Below are positions 1 to 9,591 of a DNA stretch of 64,000 nucleotides, piece by piece. This DNA comes from Caldisphaera sp. (GTDB lineage Archaea > Thermoproteota > Thermoprotei_A > Sulfolobales > Acidilobaceae). Made by a program: the position numbers and the translations under genes. Below the pieces are notes generated by a model, which was not told the DNA's origin, ran no database searches, and saw only the letters and a program-made list of their open reading frames with translations. Within the stretch, counting starts at the first letter, position 1, and every line of letters begins with the position of its first letter. Location of the stretch: the NCBI GenBank assembly GCA_049971805.1, contig JBMFKU010000004.1, forward strand, positions 1 to 64,000. The letters run 5' to 3'.

Positions 1-97
1 TTTCAACAGTCCTGATCTTTCCTTGTCTAATCCACTTGATGACCCCACTCCTGCTAAATATTTTGGCAACCTCGCTTGGCGTTAGGTACCTCTTCAC
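1..97 (-). mobile_element. tnpA: IS607-family TnpA serine recombinase, N-terminal HTH (partial, runs off window edge)
   Basis: Minus strand from GTG at 97 reads MKRYLTPSEVAKIFSRSGVIKWIRQGKIRTVE, a MerR-like HTH typical of Sulfolobales IS607 TnpA. Short direct repeats (gaagtatt x2) at about 112-128 fit a left end. Not in the ORF track. Confidence 0.75.
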
Positions 98-337
98 GGT
101 TTTCCACAATAGAAGTATTGGAAGTATTTAAAAGTTATGCAAAGGCGCTATAGTCTTCTGGAAAAATTTTATCTTCCATTCTTAACATCTACTGATTAGT
201 ATCTAGCAAAAACCTATAATACTTCTATTATTTAAAAAAATTGTTATACAAATTAATATAATTTTTATATAGAATATATAATGATTTATATAGAATATAG
301 ATAAGTTTTTAAACATATAAAAATAACTACCTAAACA

Positions 338-1783
338 GTGAAAAAAATGGAAAACAAAAACAATGGTGACCATAACCCCTTCGGATATATAGATAACGTA
401 AATACAAACAAAGGTCATTTGAAGGTTTTGTTTACTGCTGGCATGGGATTTTTTACGGACGCCTATGATTTGTTTGTTATAGGCATAATACTTGTTATAC
501 TTAGTCATATAAATTTACCAAACTTTCCTTTAACAACATTTTATGAATCGATATTAACAGCATCAGCTGTTTTTACGGCAATACTTGGGCAATTAGTTTT
601 TGGAAGAATAGCAGATATGTTGGGAAGAAAGAAAGTTTATGGAGTAGAAGCAACTTTATTGGCACTTGGAGCGATTCTTAGTTCGATTTCACCAAATATC
701 TATTGGTTAATAGGCTCAAGATTTTTATTGGGATTTGGAATAGGAGGAGATTATCCGGTTTCAGCAACTATTATGAGTGAATATTCTCCTAGAAAAGAAA
801 GAGGAAAACTTGTATCACTAGTTTTCGCAAATCAAGGACTAGGTATAATTACAGCCGTCTTAGTTGGCATATTATCAGTTATAATTTTCCCAGCAAGTAT
901 AGCATGGAGAGTTATGGCAGGGGTTGCTGCAATTCCTCCAGCTATAGTTGTTTACTACAGAAGAAAAGTTCCAGAGACACCGAGATTTTCATTACTAGTT
1001 AAACAAAATAAAGAAGAAGCCAAAAAGGCCTCAGAACTAGTTGGGGGAGAATTAAAAACTGATAGCGTAAAGACAACGCTGAATTCTTTCTCAGAGTTTA
1101 TTAAATCTTATTGGAAATTATTACTAGGAACAGCTCTCTCTTGGTTTTTTATGGATATGGCATTATATGGAACTGGAGTATTTTCATCGCCTATTACTAA
1201 AGCCATACTTGGCGGTTCTTCTGGTCTAACATTAGATGTGATTAGAGCTGGTATACCATTGTTAATAGGAGTTCCTGGTTACTTTATAGCGGCTTATACA
1301 ATAGATAAACTAGGCAGAAAGTTCATCCAATCTATGGGATTTCTAGTGATGGCTTTGCTATACTTTGCTATCTCAGTAAGTATACTTACTGTTGGAACAA
1401 AAATAGTTGGATATAGAATACCAGACATGTTTGCTTATTTAATGTTTGTACTTACTTTTCTGTTTATAAACTTTGGTCCGAATACAACAACTTTTGTTTT
1501 ACCATCTGAGTTATATCCAGTAAAATATAGAACAACAGGTCATGGAATTTCAGCAGCTTCTGGAAAGGCCGGAGCTGCCGTTACTTTATATTTGTTCCCT
1601 ATATTGTTAAAACTTTACGGACTTAAAGACATATTTATATTACTAGGTTTTATGAGCCTTTTAGGTCTATTTACAACACTGGCATTTATATATGAACCAA
1701 AAATGAAAAGCTTAGAAGAAACAAGTAAAGAAAAAATAGAAATCTCAAAAGAAGAAAGAGAAATAGTAGTTGAAGAGCAATAG
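338..1783 (+). CDS. MFS transporter, phosphate:H+ symporter/sugar porter-like (Pho84-like)
   Basis: GMGFFTDAYDLF, GRIADMLGRKKVY, GIGGDYPVSATIMSE, NFGPNTTTF motifs; about 12 TM segments. True start may be ATG at 347. Confidence 0.9.
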   Translation: MKKMENKNNGDHNPFGYIDNVNTNKGHLKVLFTAGMGFFTDAYDLFVIGIILVILSHINLPNFPLTTFYESILTASAVFTAILGQLVFGRIADMLGRKKVYGVEATLLALGAILSSISPNIYWLIGSRFLLGFGIGGDYPVSATIMSEYSPRKERGKLVSLVFANQGLGIITAVLVGILSVIIFPASIAWRVMAGVAAIPPAIVVYYRRKVPETPRFSLLVKQNKEEAKKASELVGGELKTDSVKTTLNSFSEFIKSYWKLLLGTALSWFFMDMALYGTGVFSSPITKAILGGSSGLTLDVIRAGIPLLIGVPGYFIAAYTIDKLGRKFIQSMGFLVMALLYFAISVSILTVGTKIVGYRIPDMFAYLMFVLTFLFINFGPNTTTFVLPSELYPVKYRTTGHGISAASGKAGAAVTLYLFPILLKLYGLKDIFILLGFMSLLGLFTTLAFIYEPKMKSLEETSKEKIEISKEEREIVVEEQ

Positions 1784-1800
1784 TTATTTTTAAAATTGTT

Positions 1801-4062
1801 TTATGCTATAGGCCTACCCTTTAATTTATCATCCTTGCTTTCTTCTTTATTATAATTATTTAATATATAATCTAATAATGAAAGTGCTCCTTTTCTTGAT
1901 AAAAACTGATTGTTATTCCCACAATAAGGCGAAAATACGCATCTAGGACAACCATCATTACATGTACACCCAGAAACTATTTTATGTGCCATTTTTTCTA
2001 CTTTTTCAAACCTTTCATAAACTAGTCTGGAAGCACCGTTTCCTCCCATGGTTGAATCATAAATAACTATATGACCTGATGGATAGCTTATTCCTCCCAA
2101 ATCAGTATCTGATGAACCAACTATTGGTCTGGAAGCTGATATTAAGACATGCTCTAATGCATGATAACTGCTTATCCTTTTTTCTCCACTTTCAAACCCT
2201 ATGTCTGGATATTTTGCTAGTATCCCTTTGGTCCAATAATCCCATTTTATTGGAGTTTCTAATGGCGTTTCTGATATTAATGCACTAGAAAATTCTTCTT
2301 TAATTACATATCCTTCAACTGTAATCAATAGATGTACATCACCATATTTTAATTTTACAATCCCTGAAACTCTTTCTTCTTTAGATATCATATCTATTAA
2401 ATCTATATTATAGAGGGGTTTGGTATAATAATTAAGATCTTTTAGTTCAATTAAGTCTGCTCTTAAAGAATTGATATCAAGGTCTGTTGATAAAAAAGTT
2501 TTACCACCGTGAAAATATATAGCCCCTGGATATAATTCGTACAATGCATTGAGTAACTCTCTAAATCCTATTTCTTTATTTTTATTATAAATTTTTACTA
2601 TCGGCCCTACAGATCTTAATGAACCATGAAAATTAACATAATCTCTAGCCTTTTTCCAATTTATATAAACTACATTATCTTCTTCAGATATTAAATTATT
2701 TTCTTTCAAATCATCAACAACATTTATAAATTCCTTTGGAAGCATTTCTCTTTTTATATATCCTTTCTGCAACAAATAAGATAATAAGTGAAGTTTTGAA
2801 ACCTCTTTGTTCTCTGGCTGAATATAACTAGGATCTGGCTCTTGAGAGAAAAAACTATTTGGATTATTTAAATAAAAAGCTTCTATTGGATCATCTCCCA
2901 TTACAGTTATAATCAGGCCTGGTTTTTCTCTTCTTCCAGCTCTACCAGCCCTTTGAAGATAGCTAGTATAGCTTCTAGGTAATGATGACATGACTATAGC
3001 ATCTAAGTCTCCTATATCTATTCCTAGCTCTAATGTTGGAGTTGCAACTATGGCATTGATCAAATTTCTTCTAAATTTTTCTTCAATTTCTTTTCTTTCT
3101 TCTGGCTTTAATCCAGCTCTATGAAGAGAAATTTCTATTTCATAATTTCTCTTAGCAATTCTAGCTATTAATTCGCTCATCTGTTGAGAATCTGTGAAAG
3201 ATAAAACTTTCAATCCTTTTTTTACTAATAACGATATAATATAAGAGGTAAAAGTCCATCTGCTTAAATTACCATAATCTAGGAATATATGATAAGCCAA
3301 TCCCTTTCTTCTCTTAGGGCCATAAATTACATTAATTTTTCTATCAAAAAGCTTTTCTCCAATTTCTTCTGGATTTCCTATAGTTGCTCCAGCACCCACA
3401 AACAATGTGTTTTTAGACAGCTGTGATAATCTGTAGAGTACCCATTTAACATGAGATCCAAAAACTCCTTTATATACATGCATTTCATCTAAAATTATAT
3501 AATCTAAATCTTTAAAAATGCTCTTAGATTTTTTATTTAATGATAGATCATAATGAACCATATCTGGGTTACTTACTAATAATAGAGGAGGGTTTTCATA
3601 TATTTTCTTTCTTTCGCTCAAAGGTGTATCTCCATCTAAAATTCCAAAAGAAATTCCCAGATTTTCGCTTAATTGTTTTATCCTAAAAATTTGGTCTCTT
3701 GCCAAACTTTTAGTTGGATATAATAATAAAGATCTTTTATCATTTGTTGCTTTTTCTAAGACAGGTATCAAAAATCCCTCTGTTTTTCCTGTACCTGTAC
3801 CGGCTACTATAATGGTATCTTTACCATTTAAAATTGACTTAATGGAATCGTACTGAAACTTATATAATTTAATTATCCCATATTCTATTAATGATTTCCT
3901 TATAGCATCTGATAAAAACTCTATATCATTTATGTTTGGACCTAGCTCCGGAAATTCTTGTTTTTCTGTGTATATATGTGATAATTTACTACCATATTTA
4001 TTTACTTCAGAATTTATATACTCAAGTAAATTTAGGGGGTTCTTTGAGTTGTCCTGTTCCAT
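1801..4062 (-). CDS. DEAD/DEAH-box helicase with C-terminal DUF1998 Zn domain (Hrq1/MrfA/SftH-like)
   Basis: GTGTGKT Walker A, DEMH, QRAGRAGR, HALEH, CxCxxGCPxC C-terminal cluster. Confidence 0.9.
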   Translation of the reverse strand: MEQDNSKNPLNLLEYINSEVNKYGSKLSHIYTEKQEFPELGPNINDIEFLSDAIRKSLIEYGIIKLYKFQYDSIKSILNGKDTIIVAGTGTGKTEGFLIPVLEKATNDKRSLLLYPTKSLARDQIFRIKQLSENLGISFGILDGDTPLSERKKIYENPPLLLVSNPDMVHYDLSLNKKSKSIFKDLDYIILDEMHVYKGVFGSHVKWVLYRLSQLSKNTLFVGAGATIGNPEEIGEKLFDRKINVIYGPKRRKGLAYHIFLDYGNLSRWTFTSYIISLLVKKGLKVLSFTDSQQMSELIARIAKRNYEIEISLHRAGLKPEERKEIEEKFRRNLINAIVATPTLELGIDIGDLDAIVMSSLPRSYTSYLQRAGRAGRREKPGLIITVMGDDPIEAFYLNNPNSFFSQEPDPSYIQPENKEVSKLHLLSYLLQKGYIKREMLPKEFINVVDDLKENNLISEEDNVVYINWKKARDYVNFHGSLRSVGPIVKIYNKNKEIGFRELLNALYELYPGAIYFHGGKTFLSTDLDINSLRADLIELKDLNYYTKPLYNIDLIDMISKEERVSGIVKLKYGDVHLLITVEGYVIKEEFSSALISETPLETPIKWDYWTKGILAKYPDIGFESGEKRISSYHALEHVLISASRPIVGSSDTDLGGISYPSGHIVIYDSTMGGNGASRLVYERFEKVEKMAHKIVSGCTCNDGCPRCVFSPYCGNNNQFLSRKGALSLLDYILNNYNKEESKDDKLKGRPIA

Positions 4063-4468
4063 AATTCTTACGCCTCACATAATTTGTTAAACCTAAAACA
4101 TCGATAGCTTTATCAATTATCCATGCATAGCTAGGATCCCCCCATGATCTTCTTATCTTAAGTTTTTCATATTTTACTTCCAATACCTCTTGGGCATCAC
4201 AATTATATACCTTTAATCTACCTTTAATCCTATTTTTTGGATTTTTTACTAATGTTACATGAACTGCGTATTCGTTTATGTTTAATCTTAACGTAACTTT
4301 TCCTGCCTTTCCTTTCTTATATGTGCCTTTATCATCTTTACTAGGATTAGCTATTGTTTCTATTTCTTTACCTTTTTTTATCAAAACTACAATCTTTCTC
4401 ATAGCATGAAGACCTGTTTTGCTTTTTGTTGATTCTACATCAAAACTTAATTCTGTCATCTTTTTCAC
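4022..4468 (-). CDS. Basic hypothetical protein overlapping the helicase start
   Basis: 148-aa Lys-rich ORF with an upstream gag SD-like motif; 41-bp overlap with the helicase gene. Confidence 0.7.
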   Translation of the reverse strand: MKKMTELSFDVESTKSKTGLHAMRKIVVLIKKGKEIETIANPSKDDKGTYKKGKAGKVTLRLNINEYAVHVTLVKNPKNRIKGRLKVYNCDAQEVLEVKYEKLKIRRSWGDPSYAWIIDKAIDVLGLTNYVRRKNYGTGQLKEPPKFT

Positions 4469-4595
4469 TCTTGCAAATATGGAAATATTGATTAGTAGTT
4501 AAATTGTTTATTCTTTGTATAAACTAAATTTTTAATAACTAATCTTAATAGCCTCCATTTTTAAAATAATAGAAGAAGTCAAAGTAATTTAAAAA

Positions 4596-5669
4596 TTGGG
4601 GCATAAGGCATTGAACAAAGAAATAATTATTGCTGGTTTGGGAGTTTCTGGTGCTACATTAGCCTATAAATTATCCGAAAAAGGATTTAAAATATTAGCT
4701 TATGATCCTTTAAAAAAGTATGAAAAAGCCTGCGGAGAACAAATAACTGGAACGCAAAATACAATAGGTTTAATAAAAGAATCGGATTCTTTTGTTGCAA
4801 GGCCAAATGCCTTTGGGATACTTGTTAATGGCCTTGAGGTTTCTCATATAGATTTTAGTAGCGATTCTCCTTGGTTTATAGTAAACAAAGCCAAGTTTGT
4901 TAAATATCTAAGAGATGTATCGGCATCTAATGGAATATCAATAGAAAATAGACCATGGAAAGGAGAAAAAGGATATATAACGATAGATGCGAGGGGTCCT
5001 TTTTCTGGTGATTTAAAAAATAAAATTCTTGTAAAAAGATATATATTAGAAACGAGATGGGATCCAAAATATGTTATATTAGATTTTAGGCCAAATGAAG
5101 GAGGCCTTTATTGGATTTTTCCTTCTGATGGTGATGGAAAATTAGTTAATATTGGTGCTGGTTTTGTTGATTTATGGAATGATAAAAAATTATCTTATTT
5201 AATAAGTCAATATGCTAAAGTTTTTTTGAAGGACTTCAAAACCAAAGATGTAAGAGCAGCACCCTTAGATGTTTTTTCTAAATATAAGCTTTATCAAAAT
5301 GATATTTTTTATGTTGGTGAATCGGCGGGTCTTGTGTTAGCTATAAGCGGTGAAGGTAATAGACCTGCAGTTGAATCGGGCATCGCGCTAGCAAATTCTA
5401 TAACGAACAACTATAATGATCCAATAGAAATAAAAAACAACTATAAAGAATTATCAAAAAAGATAGTTAACGACTCTATTCTATCAAGAAATCTATTTTA
5501 TTTTGTATATAAATATTCACATAAAATTAATATGGCAGATTTGCTATCATCTCTTCCTAAGTGGTTTTGGTTTAAATATTTATCTGTTAATTTAGAGCTT
5601 AATGATTTAATAAAATTGGGATTTGATTTAAACTTTATTTCATCTGTAATTAAGGGAATAAAATATTAG
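4596..5669 (+). CDS. FAD-dependent oxidoreductase, geranylgeranyl reductase family
   Basis: IIIAGLGVSG dinucleotide motif, KACG, YWIFP, VGESAG..SGEG. Confidence 0.8.
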   Translation: MGHKALNKEIIIAGLGVSGATLAYKLSEKGFKILAYDPLKKYEKACGEQITGTQNTIGLIKESDSFVARPNAFGILVNGLEVSHIDFSSDSPWFIVNKAKFVKYLRDVSASNGISIENRPWKGEKGYITIDARGPFSGDLKNKILVKRYILETRWDPKYVILDFRPNEGGLYWIFPSDGDGKLVNIGAGFVDLWNDKKLSYLISQYAKVFLKDFKTKDVRAAPLDVFSKYKLYQNDIFYVGESAGLVLAISGEGNRPAVESGIALANSITNNYNDPIEIKNNYKELSKKIVNDSILSRNLFYFVYKYSHKINMADLLSSLPKWFWFKYLSVNLELNDLIKLGFDLNFISSVIKGIKY

Positions 5670-5715
5670 TGTTAAATAAAGGAAAGTTTTATATGTTTGT
5701 TATTAAAATAAAATA

Positions 5716-7289
5716 TTATGAATTTACTACTTCTACAACTGTCTTATAGACCATATCTGTATTCCAATAGTGCCATGATCCGTTTGTCCCTACACTTTCA
5801 TTTCAATCATCTTATCTTCATTCATGATCGAGCGTAGGGACTTAGCCCTCAACCACCTGCCAAGCTTAACAGTAGGTGGGTCATGGGACTCCTTCGAGCT
5901 CAACGGCGCGGGGCTCACATCTCCGCTTTTGCCCTCACCCTTTTGGGCATAGCCAACATCGGTGTGAGAGGTCATCCTTTGCCAGTAAAAACTAAGCACA
6001 TTTGAATATAAAAAGATTTTACTAAAGTGAAAAAGGATTTAGCCCACCTTCCAACAGATTTAATCCCATAATTGCTTAATATTTCCATTGCTTTTCTTCT
6101 TATTTCATTGTGATTCAAAGAATAAATTGGATAGCCATATTTGTTAAACCATGCTTTTGAAAAAAGCACATCGTTTTCATCTTTTATAGCTCCTACCCCT
6201 GCAAGATTTTTTATAACCTGATTAGTTATTTTATTTAAATCAACAGCTTCTCCTTTTGGAATAGTAATTTCAGCTATGAGATTACTTTTTTCTTTAATTG
6301 GAATTAATGAACTCATCCATGTGTATCTATGAAAAATAATTTTTGGATCTGGTACGTAAACAGTTGTTTGATTTGGTGTATTTGAAGAGGTAGCAACACC
6401 AACTACAACAACACTATTATAATCAAATTCGTTAGCTAATCTCCTATTTTCTTCAGAATCTAAACTAATTAACAATTCTGATAAAGGTATTGTGCTAATT
6501 ATCTTTTTGGCATTAATTTTATCATTAATCTTGTAAATATCTTTATTATTTTTTCTTATTTTCTCTATTTTTCACCAAATAAAAAATTAACACCCCTTCC
6601 TACAACTTTGTTAAATAAAGAATTATATAAAGATTGTATTCCACCAGTTTTTGGATAATAAAAATATGATTGTTCTTTATATCCTACATTAGGTATGCCT
6701 GCTACAGCCTTCAACATGTCTTCTAGATTAGGAAAAGGTAACCTTCCCGGTGTAAAAACCAATCAGCTGCCATATTTTCTAAAGGTTTCTTCCAAATTTT
6801 TTTGTTATATGGTATCAAATACTCGTTAGCCATATAATCTCCAAAGAAACCTGTTATCCATTCTAGAAAATTTCTTGGTTTCCATTCCTTATTTTCTGAA
6901 ATAAACATCATGTGTTCTATAATACCTTTTATAAAATTAACACGTGCCTCTGGGTCTAGCACATATACACCGTTTTCAAAAGGATATGGAACCAGTTTAT
7001 TATTATATAATACATAATTATTTCTTTCTCTTTTTGTTACATTATTATCTAACAATTTAATAATACTTGTAAGTATATTTATGTCTTTACTAAACAATAA
7101 ATGAGGTCCACCTATATCGAAAGTAAACCTGTTTATTATTTCACTTCTTAATAATCCTCCCTTTTCGTTTTCTGTTTCTTTTTCTATTATGGCTATTTTA
7201 TAATTATAATTTGTTAATTTCATGTTAGCATAAAGTAGTCCTGCCCATCCAGCACCTAATATTACTTCGTCATAAATATTCACTCTCAT
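5716..7289 (-). pseudogene. FAD-dependent oxidoreductase (protoporphyrinogen oxidase/UDP-galactopyranose mutase-like), broken by two frameshifts and an IS-derived insertion
   Basis: Consecutive fragments: ILGAGWAG..FDIGGPH (6723-7289), FYYPKTGGIQSL (6565-6762), YGYPIY..SVGRW (to 6044). The C-terminus GSWHYWNTDMVYKTVVEVVNS* resumes at 5781-5716 beyond the insertion. Confidence 0.85.
5782..6043 (-). mobile_element. 262-bp non-autonomous IS607-derived element (left end + tnpB 3' end/omega-RNA region + right end)
   Basis: GC-rich island with G-runs at both junctions. Removing it restores ...GRW-GSWHYWN in frame. It encodes a TnpB-like tail (KESHDPPTVKLGRWLRAKSLRSIMNEDKMIEMKV*) followed by GGACAAACGG. 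Confidence 0.8.
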
Positions 7290-7388
7290 GCCATCGTTAT
7301 TTTTCTCCTTCGTCTTCTTTAAATTTTTATATTTATAAATAAATTATATGTCTTCAATCTTTATAAGGCAATTATATTTACTTTGAAG

Positions 7389-7462
<74 letters not shown>

Positions 7463-7595
7463 TCATTAAATTCTAGTCGTGATTGGTTTATTAATTCTTT
7501 TGCTACCAATTTAAAGCGCTCCTATTTAAAAACAAAACATAAAGATTAAAATATATCAACCTACCTATATACAAATATGAGTTGGTGGTGGGGAA

Positions 7596-7841
7596 ATGTC
7601 AGAAGCTATAGTTATGATAAATACGGATGTAGGGAAGGAGAATGAGATATTTGATAAGCTAAGTAGTATGAATGAAGTAAAAAAAGTATATATGGTATAT
7701 GGAATACATGATATAATAGCCTTTGTCGAAGCAGATAGTATGGATAAACTCAGAGGACTTATAACTGATAAAATAAGAAGACTTGATGGAGTAAAAAGTA
7801 CTTTAACCAGTATAGTAGTTGTTAGTAAAGAAAAAAGATAG
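7596..7841 (+). CDS. Stand-alone Lrp/AsnC ligand-binding (RAM) domain protein
   Basis: VYMVYGIHDIIAFVEA..LITDKIRRLDGVKSTLT; no HTH; GGTGG SD. Confidence 0.85.
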   Translation: MSEAIVMINTDVGKENEIFDKLSSMNEVKKVYMVYGIHDIIAFVEADSMDKLRGLITDKIRRLDGVKSTLTSIVVVSKEKR

Positions 7842-7859
7842 TTTAAAACATGATGTGTA

Positions 7860-9191
7860 ATGAATAATAAAAAAATTATAACAATATCTTTTGATGATGT
7901 AGATAGCCAATATGGTGGGTGTACAACACACTTTACAGGAATTTTTTTGAACTATATTAAAAAAAATATTAATCTTATAGACTATCCATTATTGGTAAGA
8001 CTCAATCCAGGAATACCATGGAAAACTAGGGGTAACGCATCTACGGCATTAAGATTTATTTATGATGGGAATATAAAAGATCTTTTAGATTTGGCTATTT
8101 CTTTTGTTGAAGAATACACAACCCCTAGGCCTCCTTTACCAGGAAAAAAACCTGGTATTGTAATAACTGAAGGAAATTCATGGGAAAAGGAAACCTTTAA
8201 AACATTATATAAAAAAGCAGTTTCTGATGTAGTTACATTAGACTATGTTAAAAAAATTCTAGAAAAAGAAAAAGCAGTTTATTATGGAAGCAAAGGATTG
8301 ATTGGTGCAACAGCAGCCCAAGGGGCTCTATCTCTAAAGGAGCCGTATACTTTTGAATTGATCTATTATAGACTACCAGATAACTGGGGAAAGGAAAGAT
8401 GTGTAAACAATGATTTAATATTAAATATTGAAAAATCCCTGCCAAATTGTGTTATTAATAACTATGATTACATAAAAAATAAAACCACTGCGAAACCTAA
8501 CGGACCGGATCCAATTTTAGCTGGTTTTAGAGGAACTTGCAATGATTTGCTTTGGAAATATGAAAAGGCTCTTTGTGAACCCCCTCATTTTGCTGTCTTG
8601 TATAGAACCAATCAACATACAAACTATGGCCTAGAAAACAAGATAAAACCCTATCCTTATAGAAATGTGGAAGTTGTTGGAAAAGTTTTGAAGTTAAAAA
8701 TAATACCAAAAGGACATGTAATTGTTACAATCGATTCAGATTATGGTATTTATGATATAGCATTTTATAAAGATACTGGCCCATTAAATGAGGCATCAAA
8801 ATTATTAAATAAAGGGGATGTTATTAAAATAATCGGTTTGGCTAGGCCTTATCGAAATGATAATTTAACCATTGCAGCTGTTTCAATGGAAGTGTTATAC
8901 ATAAAACAACTCTATAAAGACTCTTCTCCAAGATGCCCGATTTGTGGAGCAAAAATGAAAAACTTGGGTATAAACAAGGGTTTTAAATGTATAAAATGTG
9001 GATTCAAAGATAAAAATCTTAAAAAAACTAGAATTCCTATTTTTAGAAAACTGATGCCTGGAATTTATAGCATTGAAAGTGGAGAATTAATGCATCTACA
9101 AAAAGAAAAATATGTTAAGTTACCCTTGCTTAACAAACTATCTGGATTTTTAAATGTTGATGAAGCAATTAAGATAATTAATAATCCATAG
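7860..9191 (+). CDS. tiaS: tRNA(Ile2) 2-agmatinylcytidine synthetase
   Basis: DDVDSQYGGCTTH, PLLVRLNPGIPWKTRGNA, GPDPILAGFRG, TNQHT, OB fold, Zn ribbon CPICG..CIKCG. Confidence 0.92.
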   Translation: MNNKKIITISFDDVDSQYGGCTTHFTGIFLNYIKKNINLIDYPLLVRLNPGIPWKTRGNASTALRFIYDGNIKDLLDLAISFVEEYTTPRPPLPGKKPGIVITEGNSWEKETFKTLYKKAVSDVVTLDYVKKILEKEKAVYYGSKGLIGATAAQGALSLKEPYTFELIYYRLPDNWGKERCVNNDLILNIEKSLPNCVINNYDYIKNKTTAKPNGPDPILAGFRGTCNDLLWKYEKALCEPPHFAVLYRTNQHTNYGLENKIKPYPYRNVEVVGKVLKLKIIPKGHVIVTIDSDYGIYDIAFYKDTGPLNEASKLLNKGDVIKIIGLARPYRNDNLTIAAVSMEVLYIKQLYKDSSPRCPICGAKMKNLGINKGFKCIKCGFKDKNLKKTRIPIFRKLMPGIYSIESGELMHLQKEKYVKLPLLNKLSGFLNVDEAIKIINNP

Positions 9192-9221
9192 TTTTATTAT
9201 TAAGTAATTGTTAACTCCCCG

Positions 9222-9305
9222 GTTGACACCCCCTCTGTTTCCTATGGAAAAAACAAAACAAAATTTGTTGACACCCCCTCTGTTTCCTATGGAAAAAACA
9301 AAACA
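9222..9305 (+). repeat. Perfect 39-bp direct repeat, period 45 bp, each copy containing an ORB
   Basis: gttgacaccccctctgtttcctatggaaaaaacaaaaca at 9222-9260 and 9267-9305. Confidence 0.95.
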
Positions 9306-9525
9306 GGGATTTCATTAAAATTTGACTTTATGTGATTTATGGTTTGTATAATGATATTTTTTATAAATATATAAATAAATTAAATATATAAAATATTAAG
9401 TTATATATTAGACTGATAGAAAAAGAAACAAATATATTCCATAGGAAACAGAGGGGAGAGGTTTTCCTTAAGCTAGATGATTTATTAAACAGGCCAAGCT
9501 TAATTAGACCCCTCTGTTTCCTATG
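9222..9525. promoter_or_regulatory. Probable chromosomal replication origin (oriC): four ORB elements flanking an AT-rich DUE
   Basis: TCCATAGGAAACAGAGGGG boxes at 9229-9248 (-), 9274-9293 (-), 9438-9456 (+) and 9509-9525 (-); very AT-rich 9340-9435; matches the archaeal ORB consensus with G-string. Confidence 0.8.
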
Positions 9526-9591
9526 CATCCCACCAATTAACTCTAAGATATAAACCCCAGAAAAAATAGTAAAATTGAGAAATACAAGGGT

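Noticed and set aside
203-508. Short antisense or overlapping ORFs in the track (for example 203-508, 2079-2288, 13276-13584, 14130-14612, 20805-21086, 21148-21480, 26118-26474, 47986-48237, 51475-51840, 62371-62652)
   Set aside because: Shadows of well-supported genes on the opposite strand or in another frame, with no motifs
1801-4062. DISARM/Druantia-type defence system around the DUF1998 helicase
   Set aside because: No methylase, PLD nuclease or other defence genes nearby
5790-5999. 69-aa ORF as a real gene
   Set aside because: Lies inside the inserted element and is the residual tnpB-like tail without a credible start
9222-9305. Direct repeat as a mini-CRISPR array
   Set aside because: Only two copies with a 6-bp gap, no cas genes, and further copies in inverted orientation; fits ORB elements instead
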